64,000 nucleotides of DNA from Isurus oxyrinchus (lineage: Eukaryota): assembly GCA_026770705.1 (NCBI GenBank), contig JANJGN010000021.1:90148001-90212000 (forward strand). Reading direction: 5' to 3'. Each line of letters begins with the position of its first letter. Position 1 is the stretch's first letter. A model generated the notes under the pieces. It made no database searches, was not told the DNA's origin, and worked only from the letters and a program-made list of their open reading frames with translations. A program made the position numbers and the translations under genes. This document shows positions 1-12,900 of the stretch, in pieces.

Positions 1-1049
1 TAATGAGACAACAAGCTATGTGTCACTAAAACCTCCAATGTGTATTTTATTTCCTGTATTCACTCATTGCATGTTCGTAAAAATGTGTAATCAAGTATAG
101 CGAATGTTTGCCCATTTATCGATGTTAACAAACTTGACTACTTTCATATTTGCATTTCTTTACTAAAATTAAACAGAAGGATGTCGCACGGAAGGCGATA
201 TTATGCATCGAATTCTGGGAAGCTTCACCACACATACCTGTTGTGTTACCCCCTCGTTCCAACTTCTTTAACACAACAATATTAAGCTAATTTTATTTCA
301 ACATGCTGCTATTTCCTTAACTGGCATCTTAATCATTTGGGTGCAGAGGCTGTACATTACGAGTAATAATTGCTTTTCAAATTTCGTGATTCAATAGTAG
401 CTGCCAGAGAAAAGTTGGACATAGTACTGATAAAGACTCACGTTAAATATATTATTATTACCTATATGTAATTTTATGTTTGCATTCAGTGAGGAAATGA
501 TGTCAAGTTTGCTGTGAGGACTGAGCCCAGTAACTATGTCAGTAAACTCATGATCGTGCATACTATATTTAAAAGGTCAACTGAAACACATTTTCGTGGA
601 CAAGGATCTTTCATCATTAATAAAGACAGCGTTGATAAAATCTTATTGGACTGTTCTCGGAAAAATACAATCTGAATGATCGAAATAGCTCTATGTATTA
701 TCAGGAAATTACATTAACATGTTATAAGAGTACGTTTTCTATTCTTGCAATTATGCTTCCTCTTAAAAATTGCTTGAGGAAGATGCAGATATATTGGCGT
801 GAGGCTATGTGCCCGGATTGTAAATGATTAGTTATATTTTATTCACGCTATCAAAGTCAAAATTACGCAATAGGCGACGAGGTTGATTACTCAGTTCTGA
901 ACAATAACGCAAATACAGAACTTGGTCGATCAAAACTTAGGGGGCTGATTTTTGTTTTCACTGAATTTCTGAAACAAATCATATTTGTGCTTCACCACAG
1001 CGAAATCCTATCTTGTAACGGAATATATGTTTTATGTTTCGTCTCTCAG

Positions 1050-1085
1050 ATGTGGAGAAATTAAAACGTGACCTGCAGAGAGCCG
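1050..1085 (+). CDS. 36-nt phase-1 coding micro-exon of unnamed coiled-coil gene ((D)VEKLKRDLQRA)
   Basis: tttcgtctctcag|ATGTGGAGAAATTAAAACGTGACCTGCAGAGAGCCG|gtaagg; same length, phase and peptide pattern as the exons at 23812, 37475 and 45314. Confidence 0.8.
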
Positions 1086-1149
1086 GTAAGGAAAATGTAT
1101 TAGGACAGAAAGCTGCATTTTTTTCACTTTGATGACGATAAAATATCTA

Positions 1150-1530
1150 ATTATAAAGCAAAAGTAACACGTGACCAATAGAAGAATATATTAGGACTGC
1201 TGTCCAACAGCTTGATGAAAGGGGTAGACTTTGATGAGCGTTTCGAAGGAGGGAGAGGTGGCTGATGATTGTCAGGATTGGGACGGCGTAGGGGGTGGCG
1301 GTGTGGTGGGGAGGAGCGGGGCGAGGAGGGGAGGAAGGGTTGGGGAGGGGGCGAATTACAGAGTGCTGGTCTTGGTCACTGTAAGTTCTACAATTCGAGT
1401 CCAAAATCAGTGGAGCCCATGAAGCTCAGAAGAATGTGGTGCTGGAGGAACATAAGTTGATGAACGGGCATAATTTAAAAATCGAGGCCTTCAATAACTT
1501 GAAGCCAAATTAGGTAAGCGAAGACATTTC
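1150..1530 (-). mobile_element. L2-type LINE 3' fragment, degraded
   Basis: Reverse complement resembles the L2-type 3' end also seen at 12900-13195. Confidence 0.45.
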
Positions 1531-1638
1531 TGCTACACAATTAAAAATGATAACACCAAGCCGACATCTATCTCGTTTTGTCTCAAGAAAGCGTCCAATG
1601 AATATTGTAAAGTCTGTGTATGGGTTTTTTCCCCATAG

Positions 1639-1742
1639 GTTTGAAAGAATCTGTTAAGATGCTTCAATATGTAATTGGAGAAAATTACTGCTTCACTGAT
1701 AACAAACGCCAGTCAAGTGACCTGAGTGTTTGGAGGCAGTAA
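1639..1742 (+). CDS. Candidate alternative terminal exon ((G)LKESVKMLQYVIGENYCFTDNKRQSSDLSVWRQ*)
   Basis: Strong acceptor gggttttttccccatag; open in phase 1 to TAA at 1740-1742; AATAAA at 1905-1910; no homology support. Confidence 0.4.
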
Positions 1743-1904
1743 AGAAGACGAAAAATGTGAATGAGAGTTTTACCTTGGTGCCTCGGGTGCCTGTGTGAAA
1801 ATATTTTTCTTTTATGGAGCACTTTGCTGCAGTGCAACTTGGAGTTAAGAAGGAAACAAACGCTAAGAGCAGCTTCTTGTGGGACCTAACGTGTATGAAT
1901 GCGG

Positions 1905-1910
1905 AATAAA
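1905..1910 (+). terminator. Candidate polyadenylation signal AATAAA
   Basis: About 160 nt downstream of the stop of candidate terminal exon 1639-1742. Confidence 0.3.
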
Positions 1911-2199
1911 GACATTGTGAGGAGGTTCCTTCGCAAATTCAATGACACAAAATAGAGCAACAAAATGCTGGCCGACCTAAGGAGATGGAACTGGATAACC
2001 ATTCCAAAAGCTGCAGAAAAACCCAAAAGGCTGATGCGGCATTTCTACTCTCAGACATAATATGAGTTGTGGCTTTCTAAATAGTTCCTTCTGCTCTGTG
2101 GTCGGTCAGAAGCACGGTTTATGAACGTCAGACCGTGAGACTTGAGACTTTTGGACACGCATTTTGTGGTGGTGGTGGGGGTGAGGGGGAATTTATTTC

Positions 2200-4340
2200 A
2201 TTAGATAGGAAATGAAACTTACATTGAAGATGGGATGCCAGTCAGCAATGTCAAAAGGGCCGAGACTTGTTTCCGAGGAGATAATTGATGATGGCATTCC
2301 ACTGAGAAATTAACAGTCCAAAGGGAGGGGCCACCATCAGAGGTTAACTAAAAAGTTAAATACAGTATCAAGCTTAAAGCATAAACATACCCTTATGCAA
2401 AGACGGGTGGCAGATCAGAAAATTAGAAATAATATGTCATGGTGAAGAATGATAAAATAATTAATAAGGAGTGAAAAATAGAGTACGGGAGAAAGCTAGC
2501 TAATAATATGTAGATGTATAGTAAGAGTTTTGGTAGATATTTAAATAGGAAAAGAGTTAGCAAGGGTGAGCATTGGCCCTATAGAAAGCGCATCTGGGGA
2601 TTTGATAATGGGAAGTAAAGAGATGGAGGTGTAACTATATACCTCTTTTGCTTCGGTCTTCACGATAAAAAACATAATTACAGCCCGGACATAGCTGCAA
2701 ATCAGGAAATGGAAGAGAGGGAGGGCGCAATTCGGGAAAATTACAGTCACCACGCAAGAGGTATTGAGCAATTTGTGGCGGCTGCCAAATCCCTAGGTGT
2801 GGATGGGCTTCACTCTAATGTCTTGAAAGAAGTGGCCAGTGAGATAATTGGTGCATTGGTTTTAATTTTCTAAAAATCCGTAGATTCGGGGAAGATTCCA
2901 TTAGATTGGAAAATAGCAAATGCAAAAAAGGAAGCAGGCAGCAAACAGGAAACTAGACCCCACTTAGCCTAACTCCTGCCACAGGGAAAATGTAAGCAGT
3001 TATTATTAAAGACGTTACAGCAGGGCACTTCGAAATATTTAAGGCGAACTGACAGAGTCAATATAGTTTAGTGAAAAGGAAGTCATGTTTAACCATTCAT
3101 TGGAGTTCTTTGAAGGAGTCACATGTGCTGTGGATAAAGGGGAACCAGTGTATGTAATATGCTTATATTTCAAGAAGCTATTTGATAAAGTGCTATATTA
3201 AAGCTTATTGCAGAAAATAAAAGCTCATAGTGTTGGGGGTAACATACTGGCAGTGCTAGAATATTGGCAAGCTAAGTGGAAACAGAAAGTTCCCATAAAT
3301 AGGTGTTTTTATTTTTGCAGGTTATGACGAATGGTGTACCACCGGGATCCGTGATGGGTTCTCAAACATTTATAATTGATATAAATGACTTGAATGAAGG
3401 GACTGAAAGAATGGTTGTCAAATTTTCTGACGACACAGAGATAGGTAGGGAAGTGAATTGTGAAGAAGATGCAAGGTGGCTACAACAGGAGATAGATAGG
3501 TTAAGTGAGTGTTCTAAGATCTGCCAAATAGAGTATAACGTGGGTAAATGTGAAAGTGTTCATTTTGTCTGGACGAGTAAAAAATCAGATTATTATCGAA
3601 AATGCCAATGCACTGAGATTCGGAGGGGCATGGGTATCCGGGTGCATGAATCACAAATGGTTAGTACGCAGGTAGAACAGGTAATTAGGAATGCCAGTAG
3701 AATGTTAACATTTATTGTGAGGTGAATTGATTGCAAAAGTAGGGACGTTATGCTTCAGTGGTATGGGGCGCTGGCGAGATTACTTCTGGAGTGTAGTGTA
3801 CAGTACTGGCCTTCTTATTTAAGGAACGATGTAAATGCGTTAGAAACAGTTCAGAGAAGGTCTGATGAACTAATGCCAGCAATGGATTGCCTTATGAAGA
3901 AAGGTTAAACAGATTAGGCTTGTCTCTACTGGAATTGAGAAGAGCAAGAGGCGACTTAAATGGAACTCTTAAGATCCTGGGGGATCTTGACAAGATACCC
4001 GTGGAGAGTATGCTTTGTCATGTTGGCGAATTTGGAATAGAGATCGCTCTTTACAAATAAGGGGTCGCTCATTGAGGACAGAGATGAGGTTAAATGTTTT
4101 CTCTCTGGGGGTTGTGAGTCTCTGGAACTCTCTTCCTCAAAAGGCGTTGAAAACAGTATCTTTGAATATTTTTAAGTCACAACTCGAAAGATTCTTGATC
4201 AGCAAGGGGGGTGCAAGGTTAATGGGTGTCTGGAAGAGGTTACAACCAGATCAGCCATGACCTTATTGAACGGCAGAGCAGGCTCGAAGGACAGAATTGT
4301 TTACGCCTGCTCCCAATGTCTATGTCTGTATATTCGTATG
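2200..4340 (+). mobile_element. CR1 LINE, 5'-truncated, degraded ORF2 RT and 3' tail
   Basis: GVPPGSVMG..FIIDINDL..KFSDDT (ORF 3303-3725); VVSLWNSLPQK; tail cagatcagccatgaccttattgaacggcagagcagg. Confidence 0.9.
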
Positions 4341-4557
4341 AAGGCAGATTTTAAGGAGAGGGTAACAATACCTGAAGAGTTGAGAAACATGAATGTAATT
4401 TCCTTCGCAAAATTATTCGAAATTGGATTGGCTGCATCTCAATGTGACTCACGGTGCTGGAGCGTGGGGTTGGTGTCACAAGGAAACCGGAAAGATGGCA
4501 TTGAGAATACAATACGCTGTAACATGTGCCGCTATGAAATCTCAGTTAAGCAGCTAT

Positions 4558-4739
4558 CGAGCATTTTGACTGTAGTCGGAGCTGCACTCATTTAGGCCAA
4601 TGGAAAATATACTATCACGTTTCTGAATAGTTTGTTCTAGAGGAAAAGCTTTGCAATTCACTGCAGAACTACAAGCATTTTAAATTCCCTTGGAGCCAGT
4701 GTAGTTTTCCTGGCTGGTCCATTTTATTTCCTGATTAAT
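4558..4739. repeat. 182-bp direct repeat, copy 1 (copy 2 at 5232-5413), LINE-derived
   Basis: Near-identical cgagcattttgactgtagtcggagctgcactcat...ttttatttcctgattaat. Confidence 0.9.
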
Positions 4740-4929
4740 TTGCTTTGGGATCAATTTTCACACCTAAAACCGCAGAGATGCACAAACTGCTAAAATCATC
4801 CAGCAATGAATTAACATATCTGAAAACCAGACATACTCTTAATGGTTCAAATGAGAAAGGTTGCCAGTTATTGCTAGAACATTGAAGGGAGGAATTATTA
4901 TTTTTTCATTTCTGCCCCTGTATTTTCAA

Positions 4930-5830
4930 TGAATTTTTCACTGTCTCATTTGGTATGCGAGCATCTCTGGCGAGGCCAGCAATTATTATCCATTTTTACG
5001 AGTCCCTTTGTTGGTGGAGAGCCGTCTTTTTAAATTACTGCAGCCCATTTGATGTAGCTACACCCATTGTGCTGTTGCTACACCCAAATTTATGAAATAG
5101 CAACAGCAAATGGATGGCGATTTAATTCCAAGTCAGCATGGTAGGATGCAATGAGGTAAAATTGTGGGTGATGCGTTTTAACGTGGGTGACTGCGGTGCC
5201 AATCAGGTGGGCTGTTTTGTCACGAGGGTGCCGAGCATTTTGACTGTAGTCGGAGCTGCACTCATCTAGGCAAATCGAAAATATACTATCACGTTTCTGA
5301 ATCCTTTGTTCTACAGGAAAAGCTTTGGAATTCACTGCAGAACTCCAAGCCTTTGAAATTCCCTTGGAGCTAGTGTAGCTTTCCTGGCTGGTCCATTTTA
5401 TTTCCTGATTAATGGTAACATTGCAGGACATTTATGGTGGGTAATGCAGCAATGAGAATATGATTGAATGTAAAGACAAAAAGGTTAAGTACAAAATTAT
5501 AGGAGATAGTGACTATCTGATACGTGTCCTGTGCAAATGCTACATACCGCTTTTGACTCTGAGCCTGAATTGTATCCAGTCCTTTTGCATAAGGAGCCAC
5601 ACCACCCGTTATCTGAGCAGCCTTGAAAGGTATTGAATATTGTGTAATCATCAGTGAACATCCCCATAACCACATTTATTATGGAGGAAAATTGTTGATA
5701 AAGCAGCTGAAGTGTTTTGTCTTCAGGCATTCCACCAAAGTACACTAGCAGCCATGTTCTGGGGCTGAGCTAACTCGTGTTCTTGAATCACATTCATCTA
5801 ACGTTGTGTGAAATACGTCTCCAATCAGTG
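4930..5830 (-). mobile_element. CR1/L2-group LINE 3' fragment (RT C-terminus and tail)
   Basis: ORF 5497-5745 GMPEDK..SSIINVVMGMFTDD matches the GVPQG..FADD RT motifs; tail shared with the SINE at 5940-6300. Confidence 0.8.
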
Positions 5831-5939
5831 CCTCTTGGTAGGAACATTGATGAATCATTCCATCAGTTTGTTGATAACGCTGTAATTGGACAGGTATAAT
5901 TTGTAAATCAATTCGCCAACAGAATATACCTATAACAAT

Positions 5940-6300
5940 GTTCTACATTGTCAGACTCTGTGGACATCGGTTCAATCGCACGGCGGTAGCCAATGAAATT
6001 AACACACTTTAAATTTGCAATATTGTTTCCGCAATAGTGAGCTGTAAACTATCATTTACTCTCGCGGGGAGGTGCTGGGGGGAGGCGGGAATGATCTGGT
6101 CCACTAATGTCATTCTTGGAATGAAATCTCTTGTCCTTACCAGCCCTGGTTTCAATGTGATCCCAGATCCACAGAAATGTGTTTGACTTTTAACAGCCCT
6201 CTGATATGATCCAGAAAGATATTAAGTTCGAGGTCAATTAGGGACTTTAAACAAATGCTGGCCTTGCCAGCGATTCCCACATCCCATGAAAGAGTAAATG
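5940..6300 (+). mobile_element. Elasmobranch-type SINE
   Basis: atctggtccactaatgtc..tccttacc..gacttttaacagccctctg..caattaggg..aaatgctggccttgccagcgattcccacatcccatgaaag, a tail I recall as common in shark genomes. Confidence 0.7.
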
Positions 6301-6559
6301 AAGAGTCGATGGCGTTGTCGATCCAAACTCGCTGGAAAAAAAAAGGTAGTTATGTACCCTTTCTCTCATCAATTTTATTTGCGTTCATCTTGTTAGACAG
6401 GCACGCCAAACCTTCCTTTCGATGCTTTGACATTCTCTCCAATTTGTCGGCTTTCCTCTCTCGACCACTCCTTGTTCTGCTATTCCTTGCCTTTGCAGAT
6501 TATGGACTGAATAATGTGGTCGCTAGCCGACGGCGCTTTCGGCACCTTGAAGTCAGCGG

Positions 6560-6670
6560 CATTCCGTCTCCTGCAGTTCCGAAGAACGGTCATGCGGACT
6601 CGAAACTGTTTCTCTCTCGACAAATGCTGTCAACCCTATTGAGATTTTCCAGCATTTTCTCTTTTTGCAC
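6560..6670 (+). mobile_element. Penelope-like element terminal repeat remnant with degenerate hammerhead core
   Basis: ccgaaga-acggtc-atgcg-gactc-gaaac followed by tttctctctc..gagattttccagcattttctc. Confidence 0.45.
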
Positions 6671-7439
6671 TGTCTTCTGTGGCTGTCCTCGATGCGCGCC
6701 TGATATTACACTAATTGCCGCGAATTAGCAATAAAGAAAGTGAGTCCGAATAAGACGATTAGACTGACAGTGCTTGGTGCAAGCCGAAAAAGAGCTTCCA
6801 TCCCAGTCACATGCGCAACTCTCCCAATGTTGTCGCTCGTTTCCCATTGTTATCCAAGATGCCCTATTCTTGTTTACGTATAGTTAACCTGATCTCTTTT
6901 CTAACATGGCTTTTGAGCCCGACTGCTGGCCTGTTTGATTTTTTTTCACAGTACGGCCAAGGACGATTTTCTATTTTGCTGGGACGAGCCGGTCTTTCCA
7001 GCGTGTCTTCGGCCTTAGCTACCTGTTTCCTTACCATTGGAAGGAAGCGACACCAAGAGATGAGAACTTTCCCTTCGCAGACAGCATTTTACTCTCAGTC
7101 CGGGATGGGTATGGACATTTCCTGAGATTCGAAGTTAAGCAGTTTTTGCCTTAACTTCAGCCCACCATGCAGGAGGTGCCCAGATTTAAAACGTGAGCAC
7201 ATGATAACCTTAGTAACTTCATCGTCAGTGATATGTGTTACACATTCATTTCAACTGATTGGATCTCTGATGATGAGCGTTTCGTTTCCAAACGTATGCT
7301 CTCCTTAAGTATTTAATTAATTGGGCATATTGCTCTCGCTGGATGCCCATGATGCTCGAATTCATCTGAAGTGGAACGTATACAGGTGATTAATATGTCT
7401 GTGGTCGATATGCGAAGAGTCACTGACAACACATAATCG

Positions 7440-8260
7440 TATATTCACAGGTTTTTTAAAGCACCGGAGGCGACCTGCTGGCATTTCGCGTTACCATTGG
7501 ATTTCTGAATGAGCCACATTCCTAGTACCATCCACCAGCCCTCTCACCGTAACCGGCCACACCCTTCCTTTGCAGATAATAGTCTAATTCCCTTTTGAAT
7601 GTTTCGATTGAATTTGCTTCCACCAGCCTTTTAAGAAGTGCATTACAAATTTCAGCCACGCGCTGTGTGGCTTTTGTCCCCTCCCATATGGCTTTTGCTT
7701 CTTCGTTGTTGTTTTAGCTATGTTGTCCCTGTCTGACTGTTTCATGAGTGGCAACAGTTTCATGATGCTTTAGCAACTCTGTCAAATTTCAATTCGCCTT
7801 TCTCTTCTCCAAGGAAAGCAGTCCCAACTTATAAAATCTATCTTAATAACAGTAGCTCCTCATCCCCGCAAACATTTCACCGAATCTTTCCTGCATTTCC
7901 TCCAATGCCTTCACATACTTCTAAATTATGGCACTCAGAAATGAACGCAATACTCCATCTGAGACTAAACTTGTGTATTATACATGTTCAACATAACGTT
8001 TTTACTCTTTTATTTAATATCCCTATTATGATGGCCTGGGGTACCCGATATGTTTTATAACTGCGCTCTGAACCCGTTCTGCCAACATCAATGACCGCTG
8101 CACACATACAGCCAGGCCTGTCTGTTCATTCGTCCCTTTAACTTCTATTTCTTGTCTTACATTGTGCTTCAATGTTCTTCCTTGAAAAATGCATCACTTC
8201 ACAATTTCCACTATGAGACTTTATCTCGAATCCTCCACCCATTCCACCAATCATTGGCAA
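7440..8260 (-). mobile_element. CR1 LINE 3' fragment
   Basis: Reverse-strand CR1 motifs tctcttctccaaggaaagcagtccc and aaaatgcatcacttcac. Confidence 0.75.
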
Positions 8261-8299
8261 ACATCAATTCCAGCACCATCACCCCTGACATCTGAGGTG

Positions 8300-11000
8300 A
8301 GTATTTCAGTCGTCTCTAGTTAAATAGATTGATTGCCATGTATTTTGAAGAGGATATATGTCTCTTTAGCTTTTCCATCAAACGTTCCAGAATGCATCTC
8401 AACGAATAATACACTGAAGAACGCAGGGGCCATGCCACTCACTACTTCGCAACACTTGTCACGTAAAATGGCTCAGTGTAATCGTCACAATCAAAGATTG
8501 TGTCCGCCATTGCACCGTAGACCTTTTGTGTCAAACTCTATGAGGACATCTACTTTTTGCAACGAGTTTTGAAATGGCCTATTTGCTTACAATGTGCAAG
8601 ACCTTCATCCTGTCAAGAAAGACACACTAAAGCTCCTTCTGCTCTTTGCAGCATTTCTGATGTATTTATCATACTATGAAGTTTGAGTGGAAAATCTAGC
8701 TATCTTTTCTAATTCCAAGTTGAATTTCTAGCAATACCATTCTTCTATATGACTTAACGGTCTGTTGCGCAGAATATTAGTTTGAATGCTATCAAAAGCA
8801 AAGAGATTCGTCTTGTGTTTGTCACACGGATAGTGGTCATTTTCCTTTTTAATTGTGGACAATCAAGGCATTCATGAATTCCTGCGGAACAATTTGCTGT
8901 TCCCTCGTTCTCGGGTGCAATTTGTAAGTGTCCCGGCACTCTGATGCCTCACCTTTGCGAATGTCAGCTGAAATGCATCTGAGTCTAAAGGTTTTCTTGA
9001 GATTGGTATTTGATCGATTATCAAACTCGGCCTCTTCCATTTTGGCCAATGCTGGAGCTTGCCTATAGCTGTCCCAGTTACGCTCTCTGAGCTGTTAGCA
9101 CACCACTAAGCTGTTAGCTTAACCCAGCTGTATTTGATAATTGTCTTGCCCATTAGAAGAAATTGCTCTGTCTGTGCGAAAAACAAGTGAGTGGCTGCTA
9201 AAGTGGAGGGGCTTACGTACAGCAGGGCGTAATAAGCATTCTTCATGTCGTGTTGATCTGCATAAGCCAGAAGCTGTCTGGCCAGTATGGCTCTTCTGCG
9301 ATGATTCTGTTGCAGGTTTCTTTTGCTTTCCAGGAGTGATTTTCTTTTTCCTTAACAGTGAACTTAACTTTATTTCCCAATCATGCTGCATATGCGTTAA
9401 TGTAATTTTAAAATTTTGCCCTTCCATAATTGAGTCATATTTTTCTTCAAACCAAGTTTACCTGGGTTGATTATGTATAGTTCAAAGAGCATTACTTCGA
9501 AGTTTGAACATACCGCTTCAACATCATCACTAGAGTTTAATTTGAAGGGCATATGTTGTTCATTTTGAGCCTGACTGCTCTGAATAGCAATTCCCAAACA
9601 TTGAGCTTTCTTGGTAGTCCAGTGTTTGTTGGTCTTCTTTTCACTGAGACAGCATATCTCGACTAGGGGCTAGCTTCCTGTGGTCAGAAACGCACAGTAC
9701 TCGCCTCATAATATTGTTGATTATAATATTTTTTTAATGTTGAACCGCTGGCACTTCTACTATGGAAGGTCGGTTCAGTTTTAAAATGAGATAGTCAGTC
9801 TAATTCCACTTGTAGCTCGCCGAGCACAGGCTTTAAGATGCGACACTTCAGTTGCATAACTATGGACCTGTTAAATGGAATAAGGATTTCTGACTCAACC
9901 AAAGTTGCAAACAACGAGTTCCTTATATTCGCATTCATTCCCGAATTTTCCTCTGTTCTCTATGTCAAATTATTTGCATACATATTCCCAGGTAAATCAA
10001 AGCCTCGCTAAGGGACGTGAATCCTTCATAACTGGTATATTTTTCACTTCATCTTTGTATGCAACTCAAATAATTGTCATTATATGCCTAGGCAATCTCC
10101 ATCCGGGATAGCATGGTCCATTTTAGGAACAGTTTCGTAAATCTTTTCTGGATCTTCTCTTCTAATGGAATCGCCACAAATCTGCGTTCACCCCTATATG
10201 TTACCTTAACCGTGAGTTATTCAGCCAATAATGGCAATTATCCCATATGCTGACTTAACATCATTTTCTACCTGGCTTGTATCTTCTGGGCTCTGTAAAC
10301 ATACATATAATAATTCGTCTGTTCGTTAGTACTCCTCATCCCTGTTTCCTCCAAGGTACAAGGGTGCAATGTAGAAGATTCTGTGCCTGGACAAGTTGGC
10401 TGAGCACGGATTTTTAGCTATGCAATATTTGTTTATGTACGTTAATGCAAGAATCTTAATGGGGCAGTGCAATGCAATAATCAGGGCCCACACAGCTAAA
10501 GATGCTTTCAGTATATATCTCGTCAGTATCACTTACCTGGGCTGAAAATCATGGGTTCCTGCTTCAGGATGCTTTGGTATCTCTGGCCTTTATTATCACG
10601 TTTATAATCCTGCGATTGATTTTGTAGAATTCCTGCAGCCTTATTTCCAGGAACATAGCTCTATCAATTCATCCTCCGATATTCTTTTTTGAAAATAGCT
10701 TCTGGATTTCAGCAGATGGACCTCTCTCTGAAATTGTGCGATAAGTCCTCGATTCTCCATGATGATACCACCTGAACATGTTCATCAATATTGCGCCACA
10801 GAATGTTCAACATTAACTGTGGATTTTTTATATAATGATTTATTTATTTATATTCTCGCCTTTACTATTAATTTGTTAAGCGTTCTTTTTTTTATACAGC
10901 TTGGCCAACGTACATGAAAATTTCCCCTCGTCCCTTCGCTTTATCATTTTGGCTCTTACTGCAGGCCAAAGCGCATCATTATATTTCTAATATTTTCTTT
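8300..11000 (-). mobile_element. Heavily degraded R4/Dong-like non-LTR retrotransposon
   Basis: Fragmentary translations in the expected order: 'SAYG..YWLN.LT' (KAPG..WLK), 'GTMLIP', GDSLSP-like, a YMDD-position 'SSDD', then a C-terminal 'EGL..KTR..C..CNGG' zinc-finger-like region; many frameshifts. Confidence 0.5.
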
Positions 11001-11649
11001 TTCTTTCTTTTCTCTTGGTCCTCATAACCTAAGGCTAACTTTCTCATCTGTCATCATGCCACCTGCTCCTTCTCACATCTCATGCATAATTTAGTGAGAA
11101 TTCTCTGCTGCAGCCATTCAGTACACTCTCCTACATTCTTGACACCTTCACAGGCATAACTCAGTATTAAGCACGCCTTCAGCTTCCCTATTTGCCATTA
11201 GTGTGATCACTGGAAGGGCCCATTCAAATACATGAAGCCGGCTTAGTAGCAGCAACAAGTGTGATATCGCACTCTCAATAACGTTTTTTTCCTAATTCAT
11301 TTTATTGTCGGTTATCGTGCCAGTACCTTTCCCTTCCCCAACCCATCCTTCCACTGCCAAGATGCTAGACTCTTTCATAAATTCATTCCTCTAAGCCCAG
11401 CAACACAGATCCCTCCATGATGCCAAATAAATGCGCACACGGCCCTTGACTTTTGTGAAGGTATTGGGGATGATTGGCTCGATATCATGGCCTTAACAGG
11501 GAATTCGTTGAGAGATGATTATATTTTTCCCCATTAATGAGGATTACCTGCCCCCTCCCTCCCCATCAATCCGGCCATTAATTCCACCATTTTCCCCATT
11601 AAAAGCAACATATTGCCCTTTGAGTTTTACCACCAAACCTCACTTTCGT

Positions 11650-12900
11650 CACAGCACTTATCCTTCGGTAATTTCCCTACAGTGAGTACCACATAATTTC
11701 AAACATTGTCACCCTCCAAGCAAAATTCCTTGTTCTCTACCGCCGATCCATGTATCATCCAAATGTTAGCAGTGTTTTTTTTTCATCATTCTCATTTTTG
11801 GCTCCTTCGTCCCTGCAACGAATGAAATCTCTTGCTCGGTGAATTAAATCTCCAATTTAATTTGGCGTGGTCTCTGCTCTGGAGTTCAATGCTCCTTCAC
11901 TTTCTCTTAATTTTTGCCTCAATGTAAACGTACCGACAGGTATTTCATACTTAATAACTGGATTTGGGACATGTCACCTGATCTCGCTGTTCGCATCCCA
12001 TCAACCAGATGAAGCCACCTCTGATGGTGTCCATGAATCGACCTCCACTCACATTATCCTCCTGCATTTCAAGCTAACCTTACTCATACCTTTTCATGGA
12101 AACAACAGATTTCCCCCAGAAATAAAATACAATTGAACGTATAAACCCCAACCCCACTCGCCATAAAATTTCTGCAGCTAATTACCTCATACAATTTTAT
12201 CTAACGTTCAATCCAAAGATTTAGTCCTCAATATCATCTTGCTCTCTCCCACGATGGCTTTTCATCGTAGGGTGGCATCGACCTATGCTGGGCCCGTTCT
12301 TGAAGAATATTGTGAACCATAGCTTTATCTGTTCACACCACATCCAGCTGGACCATATACAACACGATCTGATCCTCCATTCATTTCTAAAGTTGCTCAC
12401 TATTCGAGGAACGTCCTGAAATGCAAAAAGGCAATTCCAATTTTTTCTTCCATTTTTCACTGTTTTTGGAAACCCCATTTCCCAACATCTGGCATTCTCA
12501 CCTAAACAAATAAATGAAAAAGAACTCATCAATCTTTTTGCCTCTTGGATTGAGGTGATGTGACCAGGTGCCTTTGCCGCTTTCCTCGCTTCCACGAGCA
12601 CAATGGGCCAAGCTCCTTCTAAAGTCCCTTTTCCCCTAATTCTGAACATGCATTTTACAGTAGTTTCCCTCCAGTATCGACTCTTGTTGCTCCAAATTAA
12701 TGTTTCCTGAGACTCATCTCCTGCTGCAGGGATTACATTTCTACTAAACTGCTGTCTACTCATCTTCGTCTCCTGATCCCCATGTTTACTCATATTGTTA
12801 AAGGTTCGATCTCTTTCACTGCTGTCCCTAATCAATTCAATTTGCCATCATTATGCATTCCTCAAAATAAAACAGAAATAAATAAATATTTGTTTCATCC
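11650..12900 (-). mobile_element. CR1 fragment (ORF1 end and ORF2 endonuclease region)
   Basis: Degenerate GDFN-like motif (reverse complement of gctcggtgaattaaatctcc, about 11834-11853) and a WVE-like motif near 12040. Confidence 0.5.

Noticed and set aside
177-203. Acceptor-like aaacag upstream of the first 36-nt exon, a possible 27-nt partner
   Set aside because: No GT donor at +27; only a weak GC site at +18; the peptide does not fit the repeat
6255-7125. 157-aa and 104-aa + ORFs with hydrophobic stretches
   Set aside because: The first reads through SINE and Penelope-like tails; neither has splice or homology support
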